DNA of 64,000 nucleotides from assembly GCA_000146465.1 (NCBI GenBank), contig CP001944.1. One strand, written 5' to 3'. A program made the translations under genes and the position numbers. The notes below the pieces were generated by a model. That model was not told where the DNA came from and ran no database searches. It saw nothing but the letters and a program-made list of their open reading frames with translations. Below are positions 9,492-19,538 of this stretch, piece after piece. Each line of letters opens with the position of its first letter. The first letter of the stretch is position 1.

Positions 9492-9559
9492 CTGGGGCTA
9501 GGCATTTTCTGCGATTTGACCCTGAAGATCGTCCTAACTGTTGTATTTTCCTTATTTCA

Positions 9560-10414
9560 ATGGTGTCTATGGAGTACACCCTGATGTTCATTGACATTGC
9601 TGTGAACATCACCGACAAACTACTTGCAAGGGATGAAAGTTCGGTTGAAGAGGTTATTAGGAGATGTAAAGATAGCAAGGTCCTACCAATATTTATTGGT
9701 CTGGACCATCAAACAAGCCAAACCTCGATAAATCTGGCAAGAAAGTACAAGACGATATCGACAGTTGGTATTCACCCTACCTCATCCTCAAAGTATAAGA
9801 ACATTGACGAAATCATCCCATTGATAGAAGAGGATGCTGTGGTTGCAATAGGAGAGTGTGGCCTGGATTACGACCGTCTTGAGTTTGCAGATAAGATATC
9901 TCAGAAGAGGATTTTTAGGTCTCAACTGGATTTGGAAGGAGATTGCTATTTTCTCCATTCAAGATCCTGCCACAGGGATTTTATGGAAATTGTTTCTGAT
10001 TACAGGCTAAGAGGCGTTGTTCATAGTTTTACCGGAAGTATAGAAGAAGCTGAGGAGTTGATAAAAAAGGGATTTTTTATAGGGATTAATGGATGCTCCG
10101 CAAAAACATCTGAGGGGATAGACGTTATAAAAAACCTTCCGCTTGATTCCCTCCTCATAGAAACTGACTCCCCATACTGTAAGATCAGAAAAAGCTACGC
10201 TGGGTTTGAGTATGTTACAACCGATTTCAGTTCCCTAAAGGTCCTGAAAAAGAAGAATGAGCCATGTTGTGTCGTTCAAGTAGCTGAAATAATAAGTAAT
10301 GCAACAGAAAAAGATTTTAACCTAGTGGTGGAAACGGTATTTAGTAACACAATCAAACTTTATGGAGATGTGGTGAGGAAGTCTGCCGAAGAATGGGGTT
10401 TTTTAACACATTAG
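9560..10414 (+). CDS. TatD-family Mg-dependent deoxyribonuclease
   Basis: Motifs FIDIAVNI, GIHPT, IGECGLDYDR, HSRSCHRDF, VVHSFTGS and LLIETDSPY match TatD. The listed ORF start (9407) overlaps the opposite gene, so it was trimmed to the internal ATG at 9560 (alternative 9584). Confidence 0.85.
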   Translation: MVSMEYTLMFIDIAVNITDKLLARDESSVEEVIRRCKDSKVLPIFIGLDHQTSQTSINLARKYKTISTVGIHPTSSSKYKNIDEIIPLIEEDAVVAIGECGLDYDRLEFADKISQKRIFRSQLDLEGDCYFLHSRSCHRDFMEIVSDYRLRGVVHSFTGSIEEAEELIKKGFFIGINGCSAKTSEGIDVIKNLPLDSLLIETDSPYCKIRKSYAGFEYVTTDFSSLKVLKKKNEPCCVVQVAEIISNATEKDFNLVVETVFSNTIKLYGDVVRKSAEEWGFLTH

Positions 10415-10478
10415 GCAAAGGGCCACCTTTAGCCATACTTAAAATTATTTTTAGATTAAAAATTACCCCACCCCGAAG

Positions 10479-11213
10479 ATGTCTTTCTGTAAGAACTGGG
10501 CTTCACCATTTCTGAACAGCTTGTGGTCAGAAACATCCGAAACCTGGCAAGAGAACCAAGAAGATTGGAGAATTGTCGGGACAAACCCATTCAAGAGGAG
10601 ATCGGAAAATGCATGCAAAATAGAACGAATAATTACGGATCTTCCTTCAAAACAGGTGGCCGAAGGTATAGAAAACTCATTTAAATTCATGTCAATAACA
10701 CCCGAAACACACTATTATATTATACAGTTTGAAAGCAAAAGACTTGATGTTGCATTTGTGGATGCTAATATTAATGTCAAAAAAAATTCTTATGTGATAC
10801 TGGAAGCTGATAGGGGAGAAGACTGTGGAGTTGTGGTTGGAGTGACCACAAAGGATAAACTTGAAAAACTGTTTAAAAGATATGATGACATCTCTAATGA
10901 AGTCCAACCTAAAAGAATATACAGACTGGCTACGCTTCTGGATCTTGAGGCGTTGGAAAGAAAAAGAAGCATGCAAGCAAGGGCCTTAGAGTTCTGTAAA
11001 GAAAGGGCTATCCTAGGCGGGTTAGACATGGAGGTTGTCGGATGTGAATACCAATGGGATCTCAATAAGATTACTTTCTACTTTGCAAGTGATGAGAGAG
11101 TAGACTTCCGAGAATTGGTGAAGGAGCTTTATCGAGTATATAAGACGAGAATATGGATGTGTGCCATCGAAAAGTCCAAAAATAAGTATTTGAAGGAGCT
11201 TATTGAATTCTAG
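10479..11213 (+). CDS. PSP1 C-terminal domain protein (YaaT/Psp1 family)
   Basis: YVILEADRGEDCGVVVGV and ITFYFASDERVDFRELVKELYRVYKTRIWM closely match the PSP1 C-terminal conserved region (compare bacterial YaaT VIFYFTADGRVDFRELVKDL...RTRIEL). Confidence 0.7.
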   Translation: MSFCKNWASPFLNSLWSETSETWQENQEDWRIVGTNPFKRRSENACKIERIITDLPSKQVAEGIENSFKFMSITPETHYYIIQFESKRLDVAFVDANINVKKNSYVILEADRGEDCGVVVGVTTKDKLEKLFKRYDDISNEVQPKRIYRLATLLDLEALERKRSMQARALEFCKERAILGGLDMEVVGCEYQWDLNKITFYFASDERVDFRELVKELYRVYKTRIWMCAIEKSKNKYLKELIEF

Positions 11214-11336
11214 AATTGAATTCTCTAGCCCAAGATTTTTGTAATTAAAACCCGATAAAATATTTCTGTATAATTTCTTATCTCAAGGTCTAGCTCTGCT
11301 TCTGCGAGATTAGAAATGGAAAAGTTATTATCTTAT

Positions 11337-12989
11337 TTAATTTTTGGACTGATCCGGTGGCAAAATTATCACTTCATTAATCCTCAAGATACTTATTGCA
11401 GCCTCGGTTGCAGCCTTTAACGACTTCATTTTGTTCATACTGGGTTCGATAATGCCAAACTCAAAGTTGTTTTGAATCTTCCCACTCGTTACATCAATCC
11501 CCAGAAACCTTGTTTCCGAAGAACTCTCTATCTCCTTGGCTTGAGAGGACAGTAGACCTGCGACTATCTCATTCGAGTCTAGACCCGCATTAGTGGCTAA
11601 AATTTTTGGAATTGACAGAAGTGACTCGGCATAGCGGTGGATAGCAACATGTTCCTTGGAATTGACGGTAAATGCAAACTTTTCCAGCATTAAGGACAGT
11701 GCACACTCAACCGATCCTCCTCCTGGAACAACACTACCAGACTCAAGGGTCCGTCTCAAAACACAAATGGCATCATGAATCGACCTTTGCATTTCATCAA
11801 GAAGCTGACTATTGGCTCCTCTTAGGATTATCGATGCCATCTTCTTCTTAAGTCCATTAATAAACACACATTCTTCTTCACCAATCGATACAACTTCAAA
11901 TTTATCTGCTGATCCTGGACTTGTGATATTGTCCCCTCCGCTCAAATCAGAAGTAGAAGACACCAAACTCGTTCCTATTGCCTTAGCAATAACTATTAAA
12001 TCTTCCTTCTTGCACCTTCTAATCCCAACCACACCTGCCTCAAGTAAGATCTTAGTGCACATGTCGTCAATGCCTCTCGTCGTGAGTATTACATTGGCTC
12101 CAGAATCGATAATTGCCTTAACTTGCTTTCGTGTGATTTCTAGCTCCTTCTTTCTGATTTCCTCCAGTTTATTGGGATTGTCGACAACTATGTTTACCGT
12201 CAGGGGATTCTTATATTTCTGAAGTCCAAAGTCTATGCAAAGGATCTTAGGCTTCTTGATCTCCCTTTTCATAAAATTAGAAGCTAAAGAGCAGTTCAAA
12301 GCATATCCCTGGTGCAAAAATGATTCCTTCATAGAACCCCCTGGGTGCTTCAGAATATTGATGTCTTCTATGGGATACATGTTCTTTTTGTCTTCGGTGG
12401 ATGACTCGATACACTTCAATGCATCTATAACAATCTCACAGAATAGTTCACTTTCTGAGCTGATAACCTTGCTAGAGATGCTTGTCTTTACAACATTTCT
12501 TAATGCCTTTGACCCCAAATTCAAGGTACTCTTGGATATACTTTTCTTAATAAACTGCACACATTCATTAAATGCCATCTTGTATCCAGAAACAACCACC
12601 GAGGGATGAACCCCAGATGCTATAAGCTTGGCTCCTTTTTCAATTAGACTTGCAGCTATTAAAACAACAGATGTGGTTCCATCCCCCACTTCATGATCCT
12701 GATGTGTTGCCAGATCCACAAGAATCTTGGCTGCCGGGTCGTCCACAACCATACTCTGGAGGATGGTTGCCCCATCGTTTGTAATGCTGACCTCCCCAGC
12801 TGAATCAACACACATCTTGTCTAACCCTAGAGGTCCAAAGCTTGTCTTTATTGCATTATATACCTTCATCATTGCATTTGCATTTTTTTCTACCGCAGAA
12901 GCTCCACTATAACTCTCGCCACCTGACAGGATATCCGCTGTGGAAATCTCCTTGTTCATGTAGGGTAAATTTTTTGGGAAATTATACAA
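11337..12989 (-). CDS. T-complex protein 1 subunit alpha (CCT-alpha chaperonin)
   Basis: GPLGLDKM, ITNDGATIL, EVGDGTTSVV, GYALNC, LCIDFGLQK, ANVILTTRGIDDMC and ASIILRGANSQLLDEMQRSIHDAICV track CCT1/TCP1-alpha specifically. Confidence 0.85.
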   Translation of the reverse strand: MYNFPKNLPYMNKEISTADILSGGESYSGASAVEKNANAMMKVYNAIKTSFGPLGLDKMCVDSAGEVSITNDGATILQSMVVDDPAAKILVDLATHQDHEVGDGTTSVVLIAASLIEKGAKLIASGVHPSVVVSGYKMAFNECVQFIKKSISKSTLNLGSKALRNVVKTSISSKVISSESELFCEIVIDALKCIESSTEDKKNMYPIEDINILKHPGGSMKESFLHQGYALNCSLASNFMKREIKKPKILCIDFGLQKYKNPLTVNIVVDNPNKLEEIRKKELEITRKQVKAIIDSGANVILTTRGIDDMCTKILLEAGVVGIRRCKKEDLIVIAKAIGTSLVSSTSDLSGGDNITSPGSADKFEVVSIGEEECVFINGLKKKMASIILRGANSQLLDEMQRSIHDAICVLRRTLESGSVVPGGGSVECALSLMLEKFAFTVNSKEHVAIHRYAESLLSIPKILATNAGLDSNEIVAGLLSSQAKEIESSSETRFLGIDVTSGKIQNNFEFGIIEPSMNKMKSLKAATEAAISILRINEVIILPPDQSKN

Positions 12990-13103
12990 CTCGAATACAG
13001 TCTGAGGTATGTACCCTATGCAGATATCGTAACCCCAATCACAGAATTCGTTTCCTATCGTATCTTTGAAAGAGTAATATTTCCAAGTAAAAAATTTACC
13101 CTG

Positions 13104-13436
13104 ATGTGGTCCAAAATCGAAGAGAACCAGACAGTGGAGATGACAGTAAACCTAAGGAAAATATGCACCGCCATTCCATGGTCGAAAAAGGCGCCCAAAG
13201 CTGTTAAAGCACTGAAAAGAGAGATACAGAAGCACTTTAGGGAAAAGATTGGGGTGGTTATAACTAGCGATCTCAACAACTTCATACATTCACGCGGAAG
13301 CAAGAAGATTCCAAATAAGGTTAGAGTTAGAGTCACTAAAGAGACAAGCTTGAAGAATGCGGAGGAGAATGTGCTAAAAACAGATTTAGTCGTGGTAGGA
13401 TCTTTCAAGAACCTTAAGGAGGTTATTGTCGATTAA
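13104..13436 (+). CDS. 60S ribosomal protein eL31
   Basis: VEMTVNLRKICTAIPWSKKAPKAVKALKREIQKHF ... IPNKVRVRVTKE matches eL31 (compare [28 protein letters not shown]...VPYRIRVRLSRK). Confidence 0.8.
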   Translation: MWSKIEENQTVEMTVNLRKICTAIPWSKKAPKAVKALKREIQKHFREKIGVVITSDLNNFIHSRGSKKIPNKVRVRVTKETSLKNAEENVLKTDLVVVGSFKNLKEVIVD

Positions 13437-13563
13437 TAAATCGCTCCTAATGCCTTAGTCTTCAAAATGTTTAGTGCTTTTTTGAAGAAAATTGAACTTA
13501 TGCACGGTCCAAGAGAATGTTCTTTCCCTTTAAAATGAAAATCCAGGGGAAATCACAGTTTAA

Positions 13564-15372
13564 ATGAATCAAAAATCACTTATTCTAAATTCGAACCCCT
13601 TAAAACAAAGTGCAATGATTAGACTAAAACCACATAATAGTCTGGTCCATGGCGTGGTCGAAATCTTTAGGAAGTATGTACTGAACAGGACCTATCTATG
13701 CCTCATGGTCCTTCCAATAGTCTTACTGGCAACTACTGCAAACATCTTGTACGATTATATACCATCAGTCATAATCCCTAGAATAGCGGAACACATAAAG
13801 GCAAATGACCTTGGGCTTCACATGGACTTAGCTTATAAGTTTTTCTTCTATGGGTTGCTAGCAACGGTCTTTGAATATTTCCCTATATTCCTGATGGCTT
13901 TGGTAATACAAGACATATACAGAGATTGCTACAGAGATATTTTCATGGAATACATATCATTGGAATACAATGCATTCCATGATATTTCTCCAGGGGATAT
14001 GGAAGGTAGGATATATAGAAAATGCAAAGCTGTAGGGGAAGCTGTCGATGTAGTTATTCCTACCCTCATGAATTCAACCATATTTGTCTTAGTTGCCATG
14101 ATCGATATATATAGAAGCTTTGGAGTTGTTGTATCCTTGATATTCCTGTTGATACCGATAGCTTATATTTCCATCACTGTCTTCCTAACATCGAGAAGAA
14201 ACCGTATCAGAGGAAAATATAACGCTGCAAAAGACAAATCAACAAGGAAACTTAGCGATATTTTGAACAACTATGAGGTTGTAAAGTCCTTTGGGCTTGA
14301 GGAGAGGGAGTCCAAGAAATTCTGTATTTCGTTAAGAGATCGGGTTTCAATAGGGACTGTCTATAGCTGTTCTGAAAATGTTATCACTTTACTACAAAAA
14401 CTTTCCTCGTTAATTCCACACATCGGGATTCTCTATCTTTCTTTAAATACCAATATCCTGACTTTTGAAAAGGCCATTAAGTTGAACAGTCTTCATTTTA
14501 TCCTAAAAGAAAGATTAACTGAGTTTGCCAAGGAGTTTACAGAGCTTTACGAGTACTATTATGATTATTCTACCTCCACCTATGAAAAAGAAGAGGATTC
14601 TTTGGATCAAGTTGATGTCAGGGGATTCGACAAAGACATAGTCATCAGAGATGTAGGAATCCAAAGAGGAGAGAAGGTTATTCTGAAAGGAATAAACTTT
14701 ACATTGCACAAAGGAGAAAAACTGGCTATTGCGGGCCCAAACGGTGCGGGTAAGTCAACCTTCATTAATGCACTTCTGAGGTTTCTGGATTATTCCGGGG
14801 ATATATTCATTGACGGGGTGGAAATGCGGAGATATACGAGAAGATCCACAAGACATATAATGGCGTATGTGCCCCAGGACAATTGTATTCTTGACGACAC
14901 AATTCTTAAGAACCTTCAGTATGGAAACAAAGACATCTCTTTTGAAAAAATCAAGGAAATTTGCAAAAAATACGGAACTCATGGAGTATTTAGCAGTCTT
15001 GAGGGAGGATATCTAAAGGAGGCAGGGCAGCAAGGAGGAGAACTAAGTGTGGGGCAGAAGCAATATTTGAGTCTAATGAGAGCTATAATCAAAGACTCCC
15101 CTATTTTCATTCTGGATGAGGCCACCTCAGACGTTGATCATCAAACAGAAACCGAGCTGATTGATTATGTTATGTCTGTTCTTGCAGACAGAACAATAAT
15201 AATGATAGTTCACAACCATTCCCTATTGAAAAAATTTGACAATATCTTATTCCTAAAGAATAAGACAATGAAAGGATATGGAAATATAAGGGAGTTACTC
15301 AAGTCATCGGAGGATTTTGTTGACTTTTATCTTGGTGAAAAGTCTGTCTTAGATACAGGAATCCAACCTTAA
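13564..15372 (+). CDS. ABC transporter, ABCB-type half transporter (TMD-NBD)
   Basis: N-terminal 6-TM region. C-terminal NBD with Walker A GPNGAGKST, signature LSVGQKQ, Walker B ILDEATS and an H-loop. Confidence 0.8.
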   Translation: MNQKSLILNSNPLKQSAMIRLKPHNSLVHGVVEIFRKYVLNRTYLCLMVLPIVLLATTANILYDYIPSVIIPRIAEHIKANDLGLHMDLAYKFFFYGLLATVFEYFPIFLMALVIQDIYRDCYRDIFMEYISLEYNAFHDISPGDMEGRIYRKCKAVGEAVDVVIPTLMNSTIFVLVAMIDIYRSFGVVVSLIFLLIPIAYISITVFLTSRRNRIRGKYNAAKDKSTRKLSDILNNYEVVKSFGLEERESKKFCISLRDRVSIGTVYSCSENVITLLQKLSSLIPHIGILYLSLNTNILTFEKAIKLNSLHFILKERLTEFAKEFTELYEYYYDYSTSTYEKEEDSLDQVDVRGFDKDIVIRDVGIQRGEKVILKGINFTLHKGEKLAIAGPNGAGKSTFINALLRFLDYSGDIFIDGVEMRRYTRRSTRHIMAYVPQDNCILDDTILKNLQYGNKDISFEKIKEICKKYGTHGVFSSLEGGYLKEAGQQGGELSVGQKQYLSLMRAIIKDSPIFILDEATSDVDHQTETELIDYVMSVLADRTIIMIVHNHSLLKKFDNILFLKNKTMKGYGNIRELLKSSEDFVDFYLGEKSVLDTGIQP

Positions 15373-15466
15373 GATAGGTTTCATAATAGAATCCAGCTTT
15401 GAATAAATCGTTTTAGTGAAGTAGTGACTTTCTGTGAAGATCCTAGATGTTGATGGGATTTATTGC

Positions 15467-16279
15467 TTAAACTTCAAGCCGTAGAGACTCGACTTCGTAA
15501 TTGTATACAGACAACCAGTATTTGTGTACCATAATGAATGTGCAGAGGATAAAGAAGTGGTAGAAAAAAAGATTATCGAAGTATCTGTCTGTCATTAGGC
15601 CTATCACCCTTGATCCCAAAAATGAGAATGTATTTGCAATTAGAAAGCATGCAGTTGATATGATTAGAGTCCCATATGCCCACACTTCTCCGTCTGTCTT
15701 TCTAAGTCTTTTAACCTGGAATATCATATACAGGAAGAAAAAAAGTGGATTCAGAACAAAAAATGGAACGGATGTCAGTTCCTTGCTCGACGTGCTTAGA
15801 CCTGTGAATATAACTGTCCCTATTCCTACAGAGTAGATGCCTGTCGAGATCTTCAGTAGTGTTGTAGCCCCAAGTCCAAAAATTCTTGTAAACATGTCTA
15901 CAGTTATGCTTCCAACAAAAAGAGAGAAGAATGCCGAAGTGTACAATGATAGTTGAATGGAAGTGAGAAAAAGATGTGTGTGTTTTGAAATAAATTCTTT
16001 GGAGCCAACAAGCACTGCCTCCAACGCTGCTGATCCTAAATATAGATAAAAAAATACAAGCATTTCTTTGCGTCCCACAGAAGAGCATAGAGCTTTTACG
16101 TGCCTAATCATTCTAGTAGCAGATAGCAAGGCTATAATAAGGAGAATTACAGTTGTCGGGGAAGACACCTTGGTTTTGAAGAAAAGAAATCCTCTGCTTG
16201 TGCTTTTGCATATCTCGCTGCTCAGATGCTCGCACATTGGAAAACTGGCTTCTGAACATACTCTATCTATCGGATGCAT
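15467..16279 (-). CDS. Hypothetical multi-pass membrane protein
   Basis: 270 aa, about 6 hydrophobic helices, Gly-rich TM (GLGATTLLKISTGIYSVGIGTVIFTG). No family assignment. Confidence 0.45.
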   Translation of the reverse strand: MHPIDRVCSEASFPMCEHLSSEICKSTSRGFLFFKTKVSSPTTVILLIIALLSATRMIRHVKALCSSVGRKEMLVFFYLYLGSAALEAVLVGSKEFISKHTHLFLTSIQLSLYTSAFFSLFVGSITVDMFTRIFGLGATTLLKISTGIYSVGIGTVIFTGLSTSSKELTSVPFFVLNPLFFFLYMIFQVKRLRKTDGEVWAYGTLIISTACFLIANTFSFLGSRVIGLMTDRYFDNLFFYHFFILCTFIMVHKYWLSVYNYEVESLRLEV

Positions 16280-16356
16280 TTTCTATTTGAATAAACAAAG
16301 GAAATTTTAAGAGACGAATGCCCTGTTTTTTATGTTCTTGAATTCAAGCCCCAAAT

Positions 16357-16527
16357 ATGTCTACAACAAAACAAGAAATCCAGAGCCAGATGGAGCATGC
16401 CGATAATCTCTTCGTGGAGATGAACAAGAAAATGGAGGCCCTTAAGGGGAAACTTCTAAGCCTATCGAAAATGGTAGATGGTATCAACAAGAAGATAGAA
16501 GATATCTCCGCAGAGTCAACAGGCTAA
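16357..16527 (+). CDS. Small 56-aa predicted helical/coiled-coil protein (below the 60-aa ORF track threshold)
   Basis: ATG at 16357, TAA at 16525. Translation: MSTTKQEIQSQMEHADNLFVEMNKKMEALKGKLLSLSKMVDGINKKIEDISAESTG. Sits alone in a 300-bp spacer with the C-rich motif (ccccaaat) upstream. Confidence 0.3.
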   Translation: MSTTKQEIQSQMEHADNLFVEMNKKMEALKGKLLSLSKMVDGINKKIEDISAESTG

Positions 16528-16577
16528 AAGTAAATCATTCCCTAATAAAATTAACTTGCATGTGAATCTATTTTATT

Positions 16578-17036
16578 TTAGAGCGGTTCCTGTGGCTTGC
16601 TTAACTCCTTTATTTCTTCTGGCTCCTTAATGCTCCTTTTCGCAAAGTCCTGAGAGTAAAGATGCTCCGCGTTGTCCAGAGACGACTTTAGTTCTGCAAA
16701 GTCCTTAATGTTTATTTTTGGCTGGATGCTTCTGAATCTGTCGTGGGCAATTCTGGATTCCAATGAAATGATCTGGCTAGTTGGATTCTTCCACATGGAA
16801 ACACATTTAAACAGTTTGACTTTTGACTTATTTCTAAAGGGCTTTTCTTTTATGTCTTTTGGTGCTTCTTTTTGGTCTTTTTTAATTCCTCTTTTGCATG
16901 TTATCTTCAATGGATCGGGGCTTACTGCTATTACTCTTCCATATTTTCCATCTCCTATCTCCTTCACTCCCATCGCCCAAACAATGGGATTATAGAAATG
17001 ATCTATATTTGAGCTTCCCAATCTATAAGCAGACAA
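16578..17036 (-). CDS. Hypothetical basic protein
   Basis: 152-aa ORF. GDGKYGRVIAVSPDP beta-rich N-terminus followed by a Lys-rich segment. Unassigned. Confidence 0.4.
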   Translation of the reverse strand: MSAYRLGSSNIDHFYNPIVWAMGVKEIGDGKYGRVIAVSPDPLKITCKRGIKKDQKEAPKDIKEKPFRNKSKVKLFKCVSMWKNPTSQIISLESRIAHDRFRSIQPKINIKDFAELKSSLDNAEHLYSQDFAKRSIKEPEEIKELSKPQEPL

Positions 17037-17133
17037 TTCATATCCGGGAATACCCGAAGAATTACAGAGAAGTAAGCACTCAGCAATCCTCTATATTTGA
17101 TGACCTTAAAAAATAATCCCCAAAACATCGGAA

Positions 17134-19422
17134 ATGAAAACAAAACTGTTTGCAGCACCAACGGAGCGTCAACTACTTGAAGAAATGAACGAGTCTCTTA
17201 CGAAGTCGCCTGTATTAACCAGAAGCGCTGTCAAGGCCCTCAACTCCTTATTTTATATGCTAAGCACAAAGAAATTGTCGGAGGAAACCATCAGAAATGT
17301 GTATATAACACTTTTGAAAGGATTTCAATCCAAAGATCTTTATCTAAAGCTCTGTATATACTCTGCGATAGAAGAAATGTCTAAACTCACTAACGAAGGT
17401 CTGGTTGGGATAAACATACTGATGAACGACTTAAATGGAAAGATTCCAGACGATGTTAAAGCAATGGCTTTAAGAACATTGTTTTCCATTGTACCTGATG
17501 AGATGGTATACGACTTTGGAAAGTATGTGAATCAGGCATTTATCTCTACCTCGCAGGCCAGAAAAGATATGTCTATTGTTGTAGCATATAAGCTTCTTTG
17601 CAGTAATTTTACACAAGTGAAAAAGTGGCTGGAAGGAGTTGAACTTTCTGGAAATCCCTTAATGGACTATCACATCACAGGTTTTCTGGCACAGTCTAGG
17701 AGGCTCCACTTGAGCTCGGTGGAACATTCTAGAGGCCCTGCAGGAATCATTGGGGTTCGGATGGTTGTCGATTCAATGAAGGAGAACAGCGAAGCTCTTC
17801 CAATTCTTAGAAGATTCCTTAACTCAAAATACTGCGACGAGATGATATTCATGGAAGCAGCCAGGGCAGTCTCCGGCCTTAGTGAAGAGTATGGGTCTCA
17901 GTTTGTTGATCAAGCAGTCCAGTCCTTACGAATATTCCTCAAGTCCACAAATATAGTTCTACAGTTTAGTGCAATAAGAATTGTTTCTCAGCTTGCACAG
18001 AAGTATCCCCAGAAGGTTTCTGTTGCTAATAAAGAAATCGAAGATCTTGTGTCATCTGAGAACAAATCCATCTCCATGTTTGCAATTACTTCACTCCTCA
18101 AGACAGGAACGGAGGAAACAATAGACAGACTTGTAAGTCTAATTCCAAGTATGGTCCATGATATGGGAGATGGATTTAAGAAAATTGCCATTGATACGTT
18201 GGAGTCTTTAAGTAATCTTTTTGAGTCAAGGAAGTTTCTATACGTCGATTTTCTTGGAAACTCACTTCTGCAAAGAGGAGAACTTGAATTCAAGAAGTAT
18301 ATAATTGAGGTTATTTCAAGAGCTGTAAAGAACGACGGCATGAGAGAAAGGATTCTTGAGATTCTTTGCACATACATTGAGGATTCCCAGTACTACCAAA
18401 TAACCTTAGATGTCCTTGGAATACTTGGACAAGAAATTCCTAAGTCTAGGGCGCCTAGTAAATATGTGGTTCATGTATTGAACAGACTTATCCTGGAAAA
18501 CAACCATGTAAGAGCAGGAGCCTTGCAGTGTCTATACAACATCTCTTCTGTTGTTTCTCCATCGACTGTAGAAAATGCAATGAAGAGATGTCTTGGCGAT
18601 CAGGATGAATCGATAAGAGAAACAGCAGCCTTTTTATTAAGAAACATGAAGCTGGAAAGGTCGTGTAAGCCTTTTAGTCTGGATGAGCTTGGAGATCTCA
18701 AGGGTCGTGTGCTTCAACATATTGGAAAGTCGGATGAGGATGCTAAAGCAGAAAGAGATACACTGATAAAGAATTGTAGAGAGTTGATTCTTACTGAGCC
18801 TAATGCAGATGTACAGATCAAGGTTATCAAGAAGGTTTATGAGGACAAAATAATTCTCGAATTTTCATTGGAAAATAGTCTTGAAGGAATACAAATCTGC
18901 GATGGTGTGTTAAATCTTGCAAGCTCGGATGGTGAAGAAAGAAACATAAGTATCAAGATAGAGCAGATAGAGCCTTTGGGGTCCCTCTTGATTGCAAGAG
19001 AATGGAACGTAAAAGAGGGCTGCGTCATCAATGGAGCATTTGACTTCACTATTTGTATGGAAGGGGACATGTCAGACACAGAAACCGATTCTATTTCCCT
19101 CGAGCCCTTCCAAATAACCACTTTGGACTTTGTAAAACCGGCCAGAGTAAAGAAAAGCCCGAATAGGAGAAATGAAATCTCCTTTAACCTACAAGGAGAT
19201 ATCTACACAGCAGGAAAAAAAATCTTGGATCTTCTTAACATGAAGATAATCAGCCAAGAATCTGAAAGTAGCACAATGTCTATGGTATTGAATGGAGAAT
19301 ATTACGAAACCCCGGTTATCATACACGTAAAGTTGGTTTTCAACGTGGCTTGTAAATGCGCTATTGAAGTCTATTGTGATAATGAGCAAGTGGCCCAGAA
19401 GATTGTTAGACTGTTCGATTGA
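17134..19422 (+). CDS. Coatomer subunit gamma (Sec21-like)
   Basis: The N-terminal trunk matches the gamma-COP pattern (GFQSKDLYLKLCIY, NDLNGKIPDDVKAMALRTLFSIV, VKKWLEGV, DYHITGFL). A C-terminal appendage-like domain is present. Confidence 0.7.
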   Translation: MKTKLFAAPTERQLLEEMNESLTKSPVLTRSAVKALNSLFYMLSTKKLSEETIRNVYITLLKGFQSKDLYLKLCIYSAIEEMSKLTNEGLVGINILMNDLNGKIPDDVKAMALRTLFSIVPDEMVYDFGKYVNQAFISTSQARKDMSIVVAYKLLCSNFTQVKKWLEGVELSGNPLMDYHITGFLAQSRRLHLSSVEHSRGPAGIIGVRMVVDSMKENSEALPILRRFLNSKYCDEMIFMEAARAVSGLSEEYGSQFVDQAVQSLRIFLKSTNIVLQFSAIRIVSQLAQKYPQKVSVANKEIEDLVSSENKSISMFAITSLLKTGTEETIDRLVSLIPSMVHDMGDGFKKIAIDTLESLSNLFESRKFLYVDFLGNSLLQRGELEFKKYIIEVISRAVKNDGMRERILEILCTYIEDSQYYQITLDVLGILGQEIPKSRAPSKYVVHVLNRLILENNHVRAGALQCLYNISSVVSPSTVENAMKRCLGDQDESIRETAAFLLRNMKLERSCKPFSLDELGDLKGRVLQHIGKSDEDAKAERDTLIKNCRELILTEPNADVQIKVIKKVYEDKIILEFSLENSLEGIQICDGVLNLASSDGEERNISIKIEQIEPLGSLLIAREWNVKEGCVINGAFDFTICMEGDMSDTETDSISLEPFQITTLDFVKPARVKKSPNRRNEISFNLQGDIYTAGKKILDLLNMKIISQESESSTMSMVLNGEYYETPVIIHVKLVFNVACKCAIEVYCDNEQVAQKIVRLFD

Positions 19423-19538
19423 TGAAAAACTTTTAGTATACGGCTGGGTATTAAATATCCCAACCTAAATGGACAAACACTGAAGTCTTCTATTAGTTAC
19501 TGGTAGAAGTTGCTTATGGGTAATAAAACTTTAATGGT

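Noticed and set aside
9407-9559. N-terminal 51-codon extension of the TatD ORF overlapping the opposite-strand gene
   Set aside because: The TatD homology begins at MFIDIAVN. The extension has no conservation and would overlap the start of the 8490..9491 gene. The ORF caller used the most upstream start.
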